The translations under genes were made by a program, and so were the position numbers. The notes under the pieces are model-generated. The model saw nothing but the letters and a program-made list of their open reading frames with translations. It was not told where the DNA came from and did no database searches. Shown one piece after another: positions 12,901 through 27,900 of a stretch of DNA of 64,000 nt. The first letter of the stretch is position 1. Each line of letters opens with the position of its first letter. Source of the stretch: Bugula neritina (taxonomy: Eukaryota; Animalia; Bryozoa). The stretch lies in the NCBI GenBank assembly GCA_964035545.1, contig OZ037770.1:4620662-4684661 (forward strand). Direction: 5' to 3'.

Positions 12901-15900
12901 TCCACTCCTCCTGGCCTCGGCCGAGTAGTAGACTGCGGAGTGCATGCCCTGCATCCGGTTGTTGCGTTCGACCACTCCGTTACCCTGAGGGTGGTATGGA
13001 GTGGTCCTACTTTGGTTTACTCCCCAGAGGCGACAGAGGTCGCTCATCAGTTGAGACTGGAATTGCGACCCCTGGTCCGAGTGTAGTTGCTCGGGCAACC
13101 CAAAGTAGCAGAATACACGCTGATCTAGTGTGCTGGCCACTGTCGGGGCAGACGCGTCTGGAATAGCCAGTGCGTCTGCCCACCTAGTGAAGTGGCCGGT
13201 CAGCACTAGAATCCAGCTGTTTCCTCTGGGGGTGATGCGCATGGGTCCGACCAAGTCAACAGCTACCACCTGCCAGGGCCTGCCAGCATAGAGCCTTCGC
13301 CGTTCCGCTTCCCTGGGAAGACGGCCATGCTTGCTGGCCTGGCAGACTTCGCATTGCTTGATCCTTAGGCGGACGTCACGCTCCATGTTGGGCCAATACC
13401 ACTGGAGCCTTAGCTTTGTAAGCACCCTCCGAACTCCGGCGTGAGCCTGTCGGTGGGTGTCTCATACTAGCTCTCGGCGCATGGCGGCTGGGCAGATCAC
13501 CCTTTCTCGACCAGGGTGTCCCTGGTCGGCGGCCAAGGTGATGGTCAGCAGACCGTTTGGCCCGATCCGCAGAGAGTCCCAGTCTTGGCCGTACAGCCGT
13601 AATTCGGCGCACCCCTGCCGCAGCTGTTCTTCACTTGGTCGTCGCCCTTCCCGTTTAGCTCGATATATGTCAGCTACCACCCCAGGGAGGTCCTCCTGGA
13701 GTTTCTGCAGCTTTCTGACATTGCGAGCTAAGACAGGGTTGGCGCGGAGGTTGTTGACAGCCTTCGGTGGGTTAGGGCTCCTTGGTCGGAGTTGACCTTG
13801 GTCCCAGTCGTAGCTCACTTCAGGGTGGTCCAGTGTCGCCAACTCGGATCTTGGGGGACCCCCATTCCTTCTCTCGATATGGTGACACTGTTTACACCCC
13901 TCGTCCGACCGCCGACTCAGCCCGTCTGCATTGCCGTGTTTCCTACCGGGTCGATGTTCGATCCGGTATGAAAACTCGGCCAGGACTTCGAGCCATCCGG
14001 CGACTTGACTGGACGGTTCAGCTCTCTTACACAGCCAGATCAAGGAGGCGTGGTCCGTCCGCAAGCGGAACGGCCTACCGTAGAGATAAGGCCGGAAGTG
14101 TTTCACTGACTTGATTACTGCCAGCAACTCCTTGCGAGTGATGCAGTAATTGCGCTCTGGGGGTGAAAGTGATTTGCTGTAATAAGCTGCGACTACTTCA
14201 CGGCCCTCTTGTACTTGCGACAGCACAGCACCAACATTCTGGTCACTGGCGTCTGTGTCAAGGATATACTCCAGAGCGGGGTCTGGGTAGGCCAGAATTG
14301 GAGCCTCTAGCAAACGGCTCTTGAGACTGTCGAATGCCCTTTGTTCGACGGGTATCCACTGCCAGGCCAGCCCCTTTGCGATGAGCCGATTCAACGGCTG
14401 TGCAACTCCCGCAAAGTCTGGTATGTATTATCTGTAATACCCTACCAGCCCCAGGAAAGCCCGGAGTCCGGTCAAATCCTGGGGGTGACCCAGTCGGCCA
14501 CAGCCCGCACCTTATCGGGGTCCGTCGCCACGCCATTACGGCCGACTACGTGCCCCAGGTACTTCACCTCCGGCTGCAAGAGAGCGCATTTGGAAGGTTT
14601 GAGCTTGAGACCGGCACCTCGGAGACGCTCGAAGACCTCCCGCAAATGACTGACATGGGTCGGGAAGTCTGGGGAGATAACAATGACATCATCGAGGTAG
14701 ATCAGCAGTGTCTTCCAATGGAGCCCGCTGAGGACTTGCTCCATCAGCCTCTGGAAGGTAGCAGGAGCAGAAGTTAACCCGAAGGGCAGTACCTTCCACT
14801 TCCACAGCGCGTCTTGGGTGATGAACGCCGCTTTCTCCTGGGCGTCGGGACTGTGGGGAACTTGCCAGTAACCACTCAGCCAATTTAAAGTACTGAAGTA
14901 CTTGCTGCCGGCTAAGGCGTCCAGGGAGAGGTAGGGGAGGTAGAGGGTAGGCGTCCTGTATGGTTACGCTATTAGGTTTGCGGTAATTCACACAGAACCA
15001 CCAACTGCCGTCTTTTTTCCGGACCAGGACGACCGGCGAGCTCTACGCACTATGTGCAGGTTCTATGAGGCCGCGGTCCAGAAGATCCCGGACTTGTCGG
15101 CTGACCTCCCTTTCCTTCTCTGGCCCCAGTCTCCGGATGGGTTGGCGGATAGGCAAAGTCCCGGCAGCTAGCGGTATCTCGTGACGGACGGCTTTAGTTA
15201 AGCCCTCGTCCTGGTCTCCGCTGCTGAACACGTCCCCATACTGGCGCAGCAACTGGGCCATAGCCTGGCGCTCCCTGTTGCCCGCACAGCCTTCACAGGC
15301 TGACTTGTATAGTTCTTGGACGTGTTCCGGGACAGTCCCCCGCCGTGCAGACGGGCGCTCTTGGGGACCCTCCGTCGCTTCGCCCAGCGACGGTCCTATG
15401 TCTCCCTCTTGGACCGTGTGGAAACGGCCCAATAAGGATCCAGACGGTAGTGTCACTGACTCTGAAAAGGGGTTGACGCACTGAACCAAGATCTCCCCCC
15501 GGTCAGTCAGCCGATTCAAGCTGCTGGCGAGTTGGATTCTCTGGTGCGTTTCTTCGACAACCCCTAATCCATAGAGTTGGCGGTCATTCACTCTACAGTG
15601 AATGGTCGCCCGGGAGCGGCCGGGTACCGTACAGTTACGGACCACCTGCACGCCCCCGACCAGGGGGCGATCGAACTTGTCGACACAGGAAAGCTCCCGG
15701 CCTGCCATTAGTATGGCGGACTTATGGAAGTCGATGTGGCACTGGTGTCGCTTCAAGAACGGCGTCCCCAGGATAGCGTCCTCTTCCAGCTGGCTGAGGA
15801 TAATAGTTTCCTAGATGGCCTGGTTGCGGACGCGGCCAGGCAGCTCTACAACACCGTAGAAAGGGATACACGACCCGTCTGCGAGGGTGCCAGGTTCTCC

Positions 15901-18900
15901 GGTGTAGGGAGCTAACCCCTTCCTCACCTGGGCAGGGAGGGCATCGAAGACTCATCTGCTGAGGAGATTCGTGTTGCAACCGGAGTCCAGCAAGAACGTG
16001 ACGGTTTTGCCGGCTACCTTCCCGGGCAGGAAGTAGCTTTCTCCATGCGGCTGCAACCTTACTTCCCCAGCATGCGTAGCCTCGGTCAAACGGCATGGTG
16101 TCTGTTTGGTGGTATGCGGGCGCCGCTTCTTCGGCGGAGGGGTGTTTAATTCCCTTCCGATGTCCCGAGGCACCTCGCCGGCCAGCTCCGTCTCCGGTAG
16201 CTGGCTAAAGCGGTTGGTGAGTGGTAGCACGAACGGCTCCTGTCGCCCGATAGGGCGGGTGGTCCGTCGTGGTATCTGCCATCCCTGGGGTCGCTCTCTC
16301 TTCTGCTTGTGGGGCCTCTTTCTGGGTTGGGGTTCCTGGAGCGGGGAGGTCCTGGCTTGTTGTTGCTCCTATTCCGGGTAGTCTTTCCCGAGGTCTCTCC
16401 CTTTTGTCCTCGGTTAAGGGGGCCGGCATCGGTAAGAGTCTTGGCCATCTGTTTCAGCCTGGCGCTCAGCTGGCCCATCTTCTCTCCGAGTGGTTGGGCT
16501 ATCTCCGCGGTGACCTGCATGCCTTCTGGTTTCCTTGTATGTAACTGCTCGGCCCGGAGATAGTCTTCTCCGATTTGTAGGGCGCTTTCTAGAGTGGTCA
16601 CTCCTTTTGCATGTAGTTGATGGCAAAAACCCACATCTTTTAGGGATTGCATGAAGTCAATGAGAGTAAAGTTTCGTCGGTGTGCTTCTGGCAGGTCACT
16701 GTATGCGCTCGGCGCCAGTCTCTTCACCAAGGCGACGTGGTCGCGGAGCGGAGTATTTTTCGCCTGGCGTAGCACTTGTAGACGAGCTCTGGCTTCCAGA
16801 GCGGGGGTGCCAAAACGGCTCCGTAATGTAGTGAATATTTCCGCCACGCTCCGTCCCTGTCCGAACGGTCTAGCGCGCTCCGTCAATACTTCCCGCAGCT
16901 TGACGAGGGCTATTTGCGGCGGCCATTGAGCGACATTTGCTACTTCGTGGAATTCTTCAATGAATTGCTCTACATCTTCTACACCCGTGAAGTTGGGAGC
17001 GGTCAGTTAATCTCTATACACCTCCTCCATATGTAAGAAATTGGCTGGCTTACCTCCCGGGTGCTTCGTTGTGTGCTCTGTCATATTCTCCGTCTCTTCA
17101 TTGTCTCAGCTAGAATAATCCCACCGCTGCCACCACTGTTGTGCGAAGCACAATATTTATGTGGGCTTTCTAGTGAGCAATCAGCATCTAGTCACAAGCA
17201 ATTCACTGGTAATCTCGTTTATCGTAATCAAACTTTATTATAAACTATAAAATATGGCGTAAAAATCTCTATAAGTATTATCACAATGCTACTTTACATC
17301 ACGGCAAGTATACGCTAACTAACTAATAAATTGTTCTGCTTGGCTTCATCCAATAGTTGCCAATCACTCTCTGATTGGCAGGGGGATACGCGTGAGGCGT
17401 AAACCACGCCCCATTACGCATGTCAATTATTGAAACTTTCTTAGCTTCTTGCCCTAATCACTTTGACCTTTTTTGTTGGGCTCTTTTTTAAGAGCAAACT
17501 ACTTCACATTTCATGAAGCAAATAATTTTCATTAAGCAAACAATTTTGTCCTTTGCTAGTTGTTCTTGCCCCTGCATTTCTCTTCTTTTTTTCTGGGCTT
17601 TTTTTCCTTTGTTTTCTTCTCGGAGCAGGCAGTTTTGTTGCTTCGCTCTGAAATTCTTTCCCTCTTCTAGGGGTACCTGATCTGACACCTATTCTTGGTC
17701 TGTAAACACCTGCAATGGCTGGTAAGGAGTCTGGTGGTCAGAGTTCTCGTACTAGTTCAACCTCGGGGGGGGGGGGGCTCTAATGCATGCACATTATGCA
17801 CAATGTCAACATATAATAAACCCAGTCTTGAGTGCTGTCTCTGTTCGAGATCGACACATACCAACTGTCTACCAGACTGGAAGGACCTAAATCGATCTAT
17901 AGATATCATCAGACTGTTTTCTACATCGGGCTTGAAATGGTATTGCCAGACATGTGAGCCCACGCTCAGTGATTACATCAGCGGTGATGAAATTAAAAAA
18001 TCTCTTGCTCAAAAAGAAACTAAAATGGATTCTGTCCAAAACCTTGTCTGTGAGAATATCAAACTGACCAAATCTGAGACAATCAAGCCCGATAACACAG
18101 AACCCTGGTTTACTGAAATCAAACAAACTGTCGAAAGATTGGAAACCAATGTCTAATCCCAACTGAAAAGAAAAGAGAAGGAAGAGCGTGTTATCATACA
18201 TGGCTTAAAAGAGAATAACAATACCATGGAAGAGATTATAGAAATATGTGATATTCTAAGTTTCAATCATGAGTCTCTGCTAAAATTCTCTAGACTAGGT
18301 AGACGTAACATGAACTTCCCCAACTCTGACAAAATAAGACCAGTTAAAGCTACCTTTAATTCTGAGATGAATAAAAATGATTTTATGTATAGATACAACA
18401 CCTGGGAAAATAAAACATCTACATGTTGTACACCAGACCTATCTCCTGAAGAGCGTGACCGTGACTATAAACTTAGAAAACTGAGGGACGAATTAAAAGC
18501 AACTCACTCAGACAAAATGTTTCAAGTAAGAAATGGCTCTATTTACTCCAAGTCTAAAACATCCGGGTCAGACCGCTGGTCCAAGTTTGCCCATGACTCT
18601 GATACTATTGCTTCAGAATCTCTCCGGGACCCCAGCGAGACTAACACCACAACTGATAAAAACACAGCTGGACATTAGATATATACAAGTCATACTTACC
18701 ACTCTACTGCTAACTAACCTGTCCAACTCAACTATCATGGCAGAACAAAAAGAGTTTAAAGTAATATCTTGGATTTGTAATGGTATCAGGAGTAAAATAC
18801 ATGAACTTTCCATGCCATTATATCAGCAATCGCCAGATATCTTTTGCTAATGTGAAACAAAACTAGATTCATCAGTTTCCGATAATGAGTTAACCAGAGG

Positions 18901-21900
18901 CTACACCCTTTACCGGCGTGATGGAACTGACGGACTAGGACGTGGAGGTGGAGTCCTTATAGGCCTATCCAATAAATGTCCCTTTGTTGTTAGTAGAATC
19001 AATGTCTCACACCCTGGGGAAATCATTGCCCTTGATTTATCAATCTGTGGATACTCTTTCACTATTGCATGCTATTACCGTAGGCCCTGTATAAAACAAG
19101 TAGAAGATATAGTAAATTGGTATTATGATCAAACCAATCCGAACATTGTTATGGTTGGGGATTTTAACCTACCTGACATTGGCTGGAATGATAGTTACAG
19201 GCCTGTACTTAAAACAACAAGAGAAACTAACTTGCATCAATTGTTCGTAGATTTTATAATTTCGAATAATCTTTCTCAGGCTATCAATAAACCTACTCAC
19301 GACAAAGGTAATACGCTTGATCTAGTTGTTACAGATGTAACTACCACTAACCCCCGAGTTGAGTCATTCTGCTCTGACCATTTTATTATCAATTTCAATG
19401 TGTTGGCGGATAATGTTTTAAAAGGACAGCATCTTTAACCAAACCAAAACCATATTGGCAGTTTGAAAAGGCAGACATAACGAACATCACCGTGGACTGT
19501 TACTCCCTACATTGTAAAATCACCTAAGAAATGTAGCGCTGAACAATTATGGCATAATCTCAAATCTGGAATACTTCAGGTAGCACATTCTAATATCCCA
19601 TACAAATTTAGAAAGAAAAAAAATCAGAACTCTAGATATCCCAAGAAACTGAAAGTGAGATCAGAAAAAGAAAACCCCTCCACCTAGCTTGCCTTAACGA
19701 TCGCACCCCGCACAACATTTTAAAACATGCTACCCAGTCCCGGTACTGCAAGAAATTGTGTAACAAGGACTATAATAATTATATAAACAAACACATATGC
19801 AATACATTAGAGCAGGGTGATTCAAAACCTCTTTATCGGTTAATAGCAAGTGAAAAGGGCAGCTCAAATACTGTACGCCAACTAGACAACATCCCCCTAA
19901 CAACAATACTGCTATAGCTGAATCTTTTGCGGACTCCTTTGCTTCTGTGTTTTCTATTGATGATGGTAATATCCCTCCCTGCATTCCACCTCAAACTATA
20001 TCATCTCCTATACAATTTGATCCTCGGGGAGTCCTAACACAGCTCACCAAACTCGATCCACGAAAAGGTGCTGGCCCAGATGAGCTTTCTCCTGCACTTC
20101 TAAAATATCTTGCACATTATATATATGAGCCCCTGACAAAGGTTTTTCAGTACTTTTACGATACATCTCAGACACCACAAGACTGGAAAACAGCAAACAT
20201 TGTACCGATCTTCAAGAAATGAAGTCGTACAGACCCGCTGAATTATAGGCCAATATCACTCACTTCTATCATATCCAAAATCTTCGAGCATATCGTATCA
20301 CATAATAGCAACTGTTTCCTCGAATCAAATGACCTGTTTTACCCACACCAACATGTTTTCAGGACAAATCATGGCTGCGATACTCAGTTGTTGAATACCG
20401 TGAGTGAATTTATAGATTTTTCGACGAAATGATACCGGTTGACCTCGCTGTCTTGGATTTTTCAAAGGCCTTTGACGCTGTGTCGCACCAAAAACTACAG
20501 GTTAAACTGCTAAATATCGGAATAGCTGATAAAACTGTTAAATGGATTTTTTCATGGCTTCAGAGCCGTCTTCTTTCAGTCTGTGTCAACAACGTCAAAT
20601 CGGCCACTAGACATGTGACCTCAGGAGTGCGCCAAGGCAGTGTATTAGGACCATTGTTATCTAGTGTGTACATAAATGACATGCACTCTGCGGTAGCCAA
20701 CAGCAAGCTTAAACTATATGCGGATGATTCCTTGTTGTACAAACCAATCACAACACATGCTGATTCTAGTTTGTTTCAGAATGACTTAGACCATCTTATA
20801 ACTTGGGCAGACAGTTCTCAGATGAAGTTCAATATAAATAAATGTGAGCATATGACAATTCAACGCTCCACTGTAAATCCTCTAGTGTCTCAATACAGCA
20901 TGAATAATGACCTCTTACAATGTGTTGACAAAGTATTATACCTTGGTGTCACGATTGATAATGAACTGTCATTTGATCAACATATAATAAACATTTGCTC
21001 AAAAGCTAATAAATTATTACACATGCTGATGCGCTGTCTAAAAAAGGCTAAAAGTAAAACCAGAGCCATAGCTTATAAAAAAGTCTGTTGCCCTATACTA
21101 GAATTTGTGACTCACACCTGGTCTCCATTTAAATTGAAAAACATCAACATCATAGAAGGTATAAATAGAAAAGCTTTCAGGTGGACATTCTGTAGGAGAA
21201 AACGAGATCATATAACTGAGCTCATGACAAACTCTAATTGGGATAGCCTTGCACAAAGACATGACAATGCAGACCAAAAAATGTACCTTCGTATGCTTTC
21301 TGGTAGTGCTGCTATAGACCAGGACCGGTTCTCCCTTCATCTTGCAGAGTCTCACAATACCAGACATGGTGCTATTAAGGGCAATATCCTTACCAAAACT
21401 CCAAACATTCATATAAACATCGCATCCATAAACTTTTTTAATGATTCTATAGCTGCTTTGCTTAACTGATTATAAGCACTTAACACCGACTCTGCTTTAT
21501 ATCATCTGAAGCTGTGCGGTGTATATTTATTTATTTATTTACTTTTTTTTCTCTCCTGGCAGTAGCTAGCTATTGAGCTTTGAATCAAAGCATAATTAAC
21601 TATATTCTTATCTCGTAGACAAAACGGTTTTCTTCCTTGCTACTGATAATCTAAACAATTGTTCATACACCACTGCATCTCGATAAAAGAGCCCAAGCGC
21701 TCCGAGTGAGATTAATTAGATGAGATGATGAGATGAGATGACCTTCCATTGCTGGAATTATTTTGTTTTCTGCATTTTTTCCTGGCTGATTACGCTTGAG
21801 CAATAGAGTCCATACAGTGTATGTTATTATCACGCAGTAGACTGCACAAATCTTACCCTTTATGATTATTACAGTTTATGTCAGCTGACTCAGTTAGAGA

Positions 21901-24900
21901 AACTAGACATAGGATGGAATCCTCTCAACGCAGTACCAGAAGTTGTGTCATCACTCACATCACTTAAAGAGTTGGATATGTGGAGCTGTAAAATATCTAA
22001 TCTACCTGAGAGGTCTGCTAGTCACAATACTCTTTCTGTTTCAGAAAGTCAATTACTCACATCTTTACATGCTTGTCAATTATTGGTAGAGTATATAATG
22101 TTATGTTTAAATGCCTTACAATATTTTTTAAGTTATCTAGTAGTTTGTCATATCCTGTGAATAACCCAGTTTCATGGTATGCGATTTTATGTTATTATGC
22201 CACAAGACCTTTTTGTAATTTATAACAAACAGCCATCTATAGTTTACTGGCAATCATGTCAATTATTGAATCTTTCTTAGCTTCTTGCCTTAACCACTTT
22301 ACCAGTCCATTGCTGGAATGATTGTGTTTTCTGCACCTTTTACCTGGCTGACTACGCTTAAGAAATATAGTCTATACAGTGTATATTATTATCACGCAGT
22401 ATAGACTACATATATCTCACCCTTTATATTACAGTCTATGTCAGCTGACTCAGTTAGAGAAGCTATGGATAGGATGGAATCCTCTCAACACAGTACCTGA
22501 AGTTGTGTCATCATTCACATCACTTAAAGAGTTGCATATGATGGGCTGTAAAATATCTAATCTACCTGAGAGGTCTGTTAGTCACAATACTCTTTCTGTT
22601 TCAGAAAGTGAACCACTCACATCTTTACATGCAGTGTATATTATTATCACACAGTAGGCTACATATATTATACATTTTTGATTATTTCAGTCTATGTCAG
22701 CTGACTCAGTTAGAGAAACTGTACATAGGATTGAGTCCTCTCAACACAGTACCAAAAGTTGTGTCATCACTCACATCACTTAAGGAGTTGGATCTGAGAA
22801 GGTGTAAATTATCTACTCTACCTGAGAGGTTTGTGGAGTCTTTTATTGTTTCAATCATTCAATATTTCACATTTTGATATAATGCTTACCAAGTATTGCT
22901 AATTAGTATACCATTATGTATCGTTAAAAAGCATAAAGCTATAGATTGTGATTTGCTTGAGATCATATTTTATTAGAGTTTCTTGACACTGGAAAATAAA
23001 CCTGTTATAATCATACGGCATTACATACTCTGATGATATGAACTCTCGTTAACAAAAAATATAGCATCCACTTGTAGTTTACTATTATCCATTTTCCATT
23101 AAATGCTTATTAGCTTTCGGTATTTTACTTTGAATATGCCTTGTCGGAATAAATTTGTTTCTTGGATATTTTACCTGATTGGATATACAAGTAGTATATA
23201 TACAGTATACAATATCATCCTGATAGAGTGGATTACATATATTATGCACTTTATATTACAGTCTATGTCAGCTGACTCAGTTAGAGAAGCTGAACATAGC
23301 AAAGAATCCTCTCAACACAGTACCTGAAGTTGTGTCATCACTCACATTACTTGAAGAGTTGGATATGTCGAGCTGTAAAATATCTACTCTACCTGAGAGG
23401 TTTGTGAGTCACAATACTCTTTCTGTTTCAGAAAGTCACGCACTTACATCTTTATATGCTTGCCAATTATTGCTAGAGTATATAATCCTACATTGTTATG
23501 TTAAAAGGCCTTACGATATTTTTTTAAGTTATCTCGTAGTTTGTCTTAACCTGTGAATAACTCAGTTTCATGGCATGACATTGTGTGTTATTATGCCTCG
23601 GGAACCTTTTGTAATTATTAAACAGCCATCTATAGTTTACTGGCAATCATGTCAATTATTGAATCTTTCTTAGCTTCTTGCCTTAACCACTTTACCAGTC
23701 CATTGCTGGAATGATTGTGTTTTCTGCACCTTTTACCTGGCTGACTACGCTTAAGAAATATAGTCTATACAGTGTATATTATTATCACGCAGTATAGACT
23801 ACATATATCTCACCCTTTATATTACAGTCTATGTCAGCTGACTCAGTTAGAGAAGCTATGGATAGGATGGAATCCTCTCAACACAGTACCTGAAGTTGTG
23901 TCATCATTCACATCACTTAAAGAGTTGCATATGATGGGCTGTAAAATATCTAATCTACCTGAGAGGTCTGTTAGTCACAATACTCTTTCTGTTTCAGAAA
24001 GTGAACCACTCACATCTTTACATGCAGTGTATATTATTATCACACAGTAGGCTACATATATTATACATTTTTGATTATTTCAGTCTATGTCAGCTGACTC
24101 AGTTAGAGAAACTGTACATAGGATTGAGTCCTCTCAACACAGTACCAAAAGTTGTGTCATCACTCACATCACTTAAGGAGTTGGATCTGAGAAGGTGTAA
24201 ATTATCTACTCTACCTGAGAGGTTTGTGGAGTCTTTTATTGTTTCAATCATTCAATATTTCACATTTTGATATAATGCTTACCAAGTATTGCTAATTAGT
24301 ATACCATTATGTATCGTTAAAAAGCATAAAGCTATAGATTGTGATTTGCTTGAGATCATATTTTATTAGAGTTTCTTGACACTGGAAAATAAACCTGTTA
24401 TAATCATACGGCATTACATACTCTGATGATATGAACTCTCGTTAACAAAAAATATAGCATCCACTTGTAGTTTACTATTATCCATTTTCCATTAAATGCT
24501 TATTAGCTTTCGGTATTTTACTTTGAATATGCCTTGTCGGAATAAATTTGTTTCTTGGATATTTTACCTGATTGGATATACAAGTAGTATATATACAGTA
24601 TACAATATCATCCTGATAGAGTGGATTACATATATTATGCACTTTATATTACAGTCTATGTCAGCTGACTCAGTTAGAGAAGCTGAACATAGCAAAGAAT
24701 CCTCTCAACACAGTACCTGAAGTTGTGTCATCACTCACATTACTTGAAGAGTTGGATATGTCGAGCTGTGAAATATCTACTCTACCTGAGAGGTTTGTGA
24801 GTCACAATACTCTTTCTGTTTCAGAAAGTCACGCACTTACATCTTTATATGCTTGCCAATTATTGCTAGAGTATATAATCCTACATTGTTATGTTAAAAG

Positions 24901-27900
24901 GCCTTACGATATTTTTTTAAGTTATCTCGTAGTTTGTCTTAACCTGTGAATAACTCAGTTTCATGGCATGACATTGTGTGTTATTATGCCTCGGGAACCT
25001 TTTGTAATTATTAAACAGCCATCTATAGTTTACTGGCAATCATGTCAATTATCAAATCTTCCTTAGCTTTTTGCCCTAATCGCTTTGACTATCCATTGCT
25101 GGAATTATTGTGTTTTCTGCATTTTTACCTGGCTGACTAAGCTTAAGCAAAATAGTCTATACAGTGTATATTATTATCACACAGTAGACTACATATATCT
25201 TACCCTTTATGATTATACAGTCTATGTCAGCTGACTCAGTTAGAGAAGCTATGCATAGGAAAGACTCCTCTCAACACAGTACCAGAAGTTGTGTCATCAC
25301 TCACATCACTTAAAGAGTTGGATATGGAGAGCTGTAAATTATCTGCTCTACCTGAGAGGTTTGTGGAGTCTTTTATTATTTCAATCATTCAATAATTCAC
25401 ATTTTGATATAATGCTTACCAAGTATTGCTAAATAGTATACCATTATGTACCGTTAAAAAGCATAAAGCTATAAATTGTAATTTGTTTGAGATTATATTG
25501 TATTAGAGTTTCTCAAAAGTTGAAAATAAACATGTATTAATCATTTGGCATTACAGACCCTAATGGTATAAACTTTCTTTACCAAATAAAGTAACACCCA
25601 CTTGTACTTTACTAGTATCTATTTCCTATTAAATGCCTATTAGCTTTCTGTATTTTACCCTGAATACGCCTTGTCGGAATAAATTTGTTTCTTGGAAATT
25701 TTACCTATTGGATATACAAGTAGTATATATACAGTATATAATATTCTCCTGATAAAGTGAATTACATATATTATGTACCTTTTATCACAGTCTATGTCAG
25801 CTGAATCAGTTAGAGAAACTAGAGTTAGGACACAATCCTCTCAACACAGTACCAGAAGTTGTGTCATCACTCACATCACTTAAGGAGTTGGATCTGAGAA
25901 GGTGTAAATTATCTACTCTACCTGAGAGGTTTGTGGAGTCTTTTATTGTTTCAATCATTCAATATTTCACATTTTGATATAATGCTTACCAAGTAGCTAT
26001 TGCTAATTAGTATACCATTATGTATCGTTAAAAAGCATAAAGCTATAGATTGTGATTTGCTTGAGATCATATTTTATTAGAGTTTCTTGACACTGGAAAA
26101 TAAACCTGTTATAATCATACGGCATTACATACTCTGATGATATGAACTCTCGTTAACAAAAAATATAGCATCCACTTGTAGTTTACTATTATCCATTTTC
26201 CATTAAATGCTTATTAGCTTTCGGTATTTTACTTTGAATATGCCTTGTCGGAATAAATTTGTTTCTTGGATATTTTACCTGATTGGATATACAAGTAGTA
26301 TATATACAGTATACAATATCATCCTGATAGAGTGGATTACATATATTATGCACTTTATATTACAGTCTATGTCAGCTGACTCAGTTAGAGAAGCTGAACA
26401 TAGCAAAGAATCCTCTCAACACAGTACCTGAAGTTGTGTCATCACTCACATTACTTGAAGAGTTGGATATGTCGAGCTGTAAAATATCTACTCTACCTGA
26501 GAGGTTTGTGAGTCACAATACTCTTTCTGTTTCAGAAAGTCACGCACTTACATCTTTATATGCTTGCCAATTATTGCTAGAGTATATAATCCTACATTGT
26601 TATGTTAAAAGGCCTTACGATATTTTTTTAAGTTATCTCGTAGTTTGTCTTAACCTGTGAATAACTTAGTTTCATGGCATGACATTGTGTGTTATTATGC
26701 CTCGGGAACCTTTTGTAATTATTAAACAGCCATCTACAGTTTACTGGCAATCATGTCAATTATCAAATCTTCCTTAGCTTCTTGCCCTAATCGCTTTGAC
26801 TATCCATTGCTGGAATTATTGTGTTTTCTGCATTTTTACCTGGCTGACTAAGCTTAAGCAAAATAGTCTATACAGTGTATATTATTATCACACAGTAGAC
26901 TACATATATCTTACCCTTTATGATTATACAGTCTATGTCAGCTGACTCAGTTAGAGAAGCTATGCATAGGAAAGACTCCTCTCAACACAGTACCAGAAGT
27001 TGTGTCATCACTCACATCACTTAAAGAGTTGAATATGGAGAGCTGTAAATTATCTGCTCTACCTGAGAGGTTTGTGGAACACAGTCCTAAGTTATTCAAT
27101 AATTCAACATTTCACATAAATTTATATGCCTACCATTTCTTTCTAAAGTGTATATAACCCATTTCTGCTATGTTGAAAAACTCTAAAATGTTTCTTTTTT
27201 AAATTATCTCGTAGTTTGCCATAACCTTGAAATATCATCAGTAATTTATGGTTGTATAACATTGAATATTATTATGCAGTAAGACCTTTTTGCAATTACA
27301 TGTAATTAACAAACAGCCATCTACAGTTTACTGGCAATCATGTCAATTATCAAATCTTCCTTAGCTTCCTGCCTTAATCACTTTGACTATCCATTGCTGG
27401 AATTATTGTGTTTTCTGCACTTTTTACCTGGCTGACTATGCTTAAGCAATATAGTCTATACAGTGTTCATTATTATCACACAGTAGACTACATATATCTT
27501 ACCCTTTATGATTATACAGTCTATGTCAGCTGACTCAGTTAGAGAAGCTATGCATAGGAAAGACTCCTCTCAACACAGTACCAGAAGTTGTGTCATCACT
27601 CACATCACTTAAAGAGTTGAATATGGAGAGCTGTAAATTATCTGCTCTACCTGAGAGGTTTGTGGAACACAGTCCTAAGTTATTCAATAATTCAACATTT
27701 CACATAAATTTATATGCCTACCATTTCTTTCTAAAGTGTATATAACCCATTTCTGCTATGTTGAAAAACTCTAAAATGTTTCTTTTTTAAATTATCTCGT
27801 AGTTTGCCATAACCTTGAAATATCATCAGTAATTTATGGTTGTATAACATTGAATATTATTATGCAGTAAGACCTTTTTGCAATTACATGTAATTAACAA

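Larger units (their letters stand above)
9977..17418 (-). mobile_element. Full-length degenerate Ty3/Gypsy LTR retrotransposon in the intron after LRR exon 3
   Basis: LTRs at 9977-10223 and 17137-17418; CATG target duplication at 9973-9976 and 17419-17422; domain order gag-PR-RT-RNaseH-IN; PBS and PPT present; host intron sequence resumes after the element. Confidence 0.95.
17471..21738 (+). mobile_element. CR1/L2-group non-LTR retrotransposon (LINE), near full-length, degenerate
   Basis: ORF1 with PHD-like finger (CCLC..H..C..WYCQTC); ORF2 with APE endonuclease (VGDFN, SDH) and RT ([19 protein letters not shown]); 3' (GATGA/TGAGA)n tail; candidate TSD TGACCTT at 17464-17470 and 21739-21745. 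Confidence 0.9.

Noticed and set aside
10900-16929. Many + strand ORFs such as 11564-12367
   Set aside because: Antisense shadows of the GC-rich Gypsy coding region with no recognisable motifs.
8479-21738. Diversity-generating retroelement (hypervariable repeats next to reverse transcriptases)
   Set aside because: The RTs are ordinary decayed Gypsy and CR1-like enzymes with their own TSDs; variable codons change at all four bases rather than adenine-specifically; no template/variable repeat pair is evident.
22379-26660. Repeated short ORFs (MLISFRYF..., [10 protein letters not shown]...) as stand-alone genes
   Set aside because: They are intron read-through or off-frame overlaps of the LRR exons.
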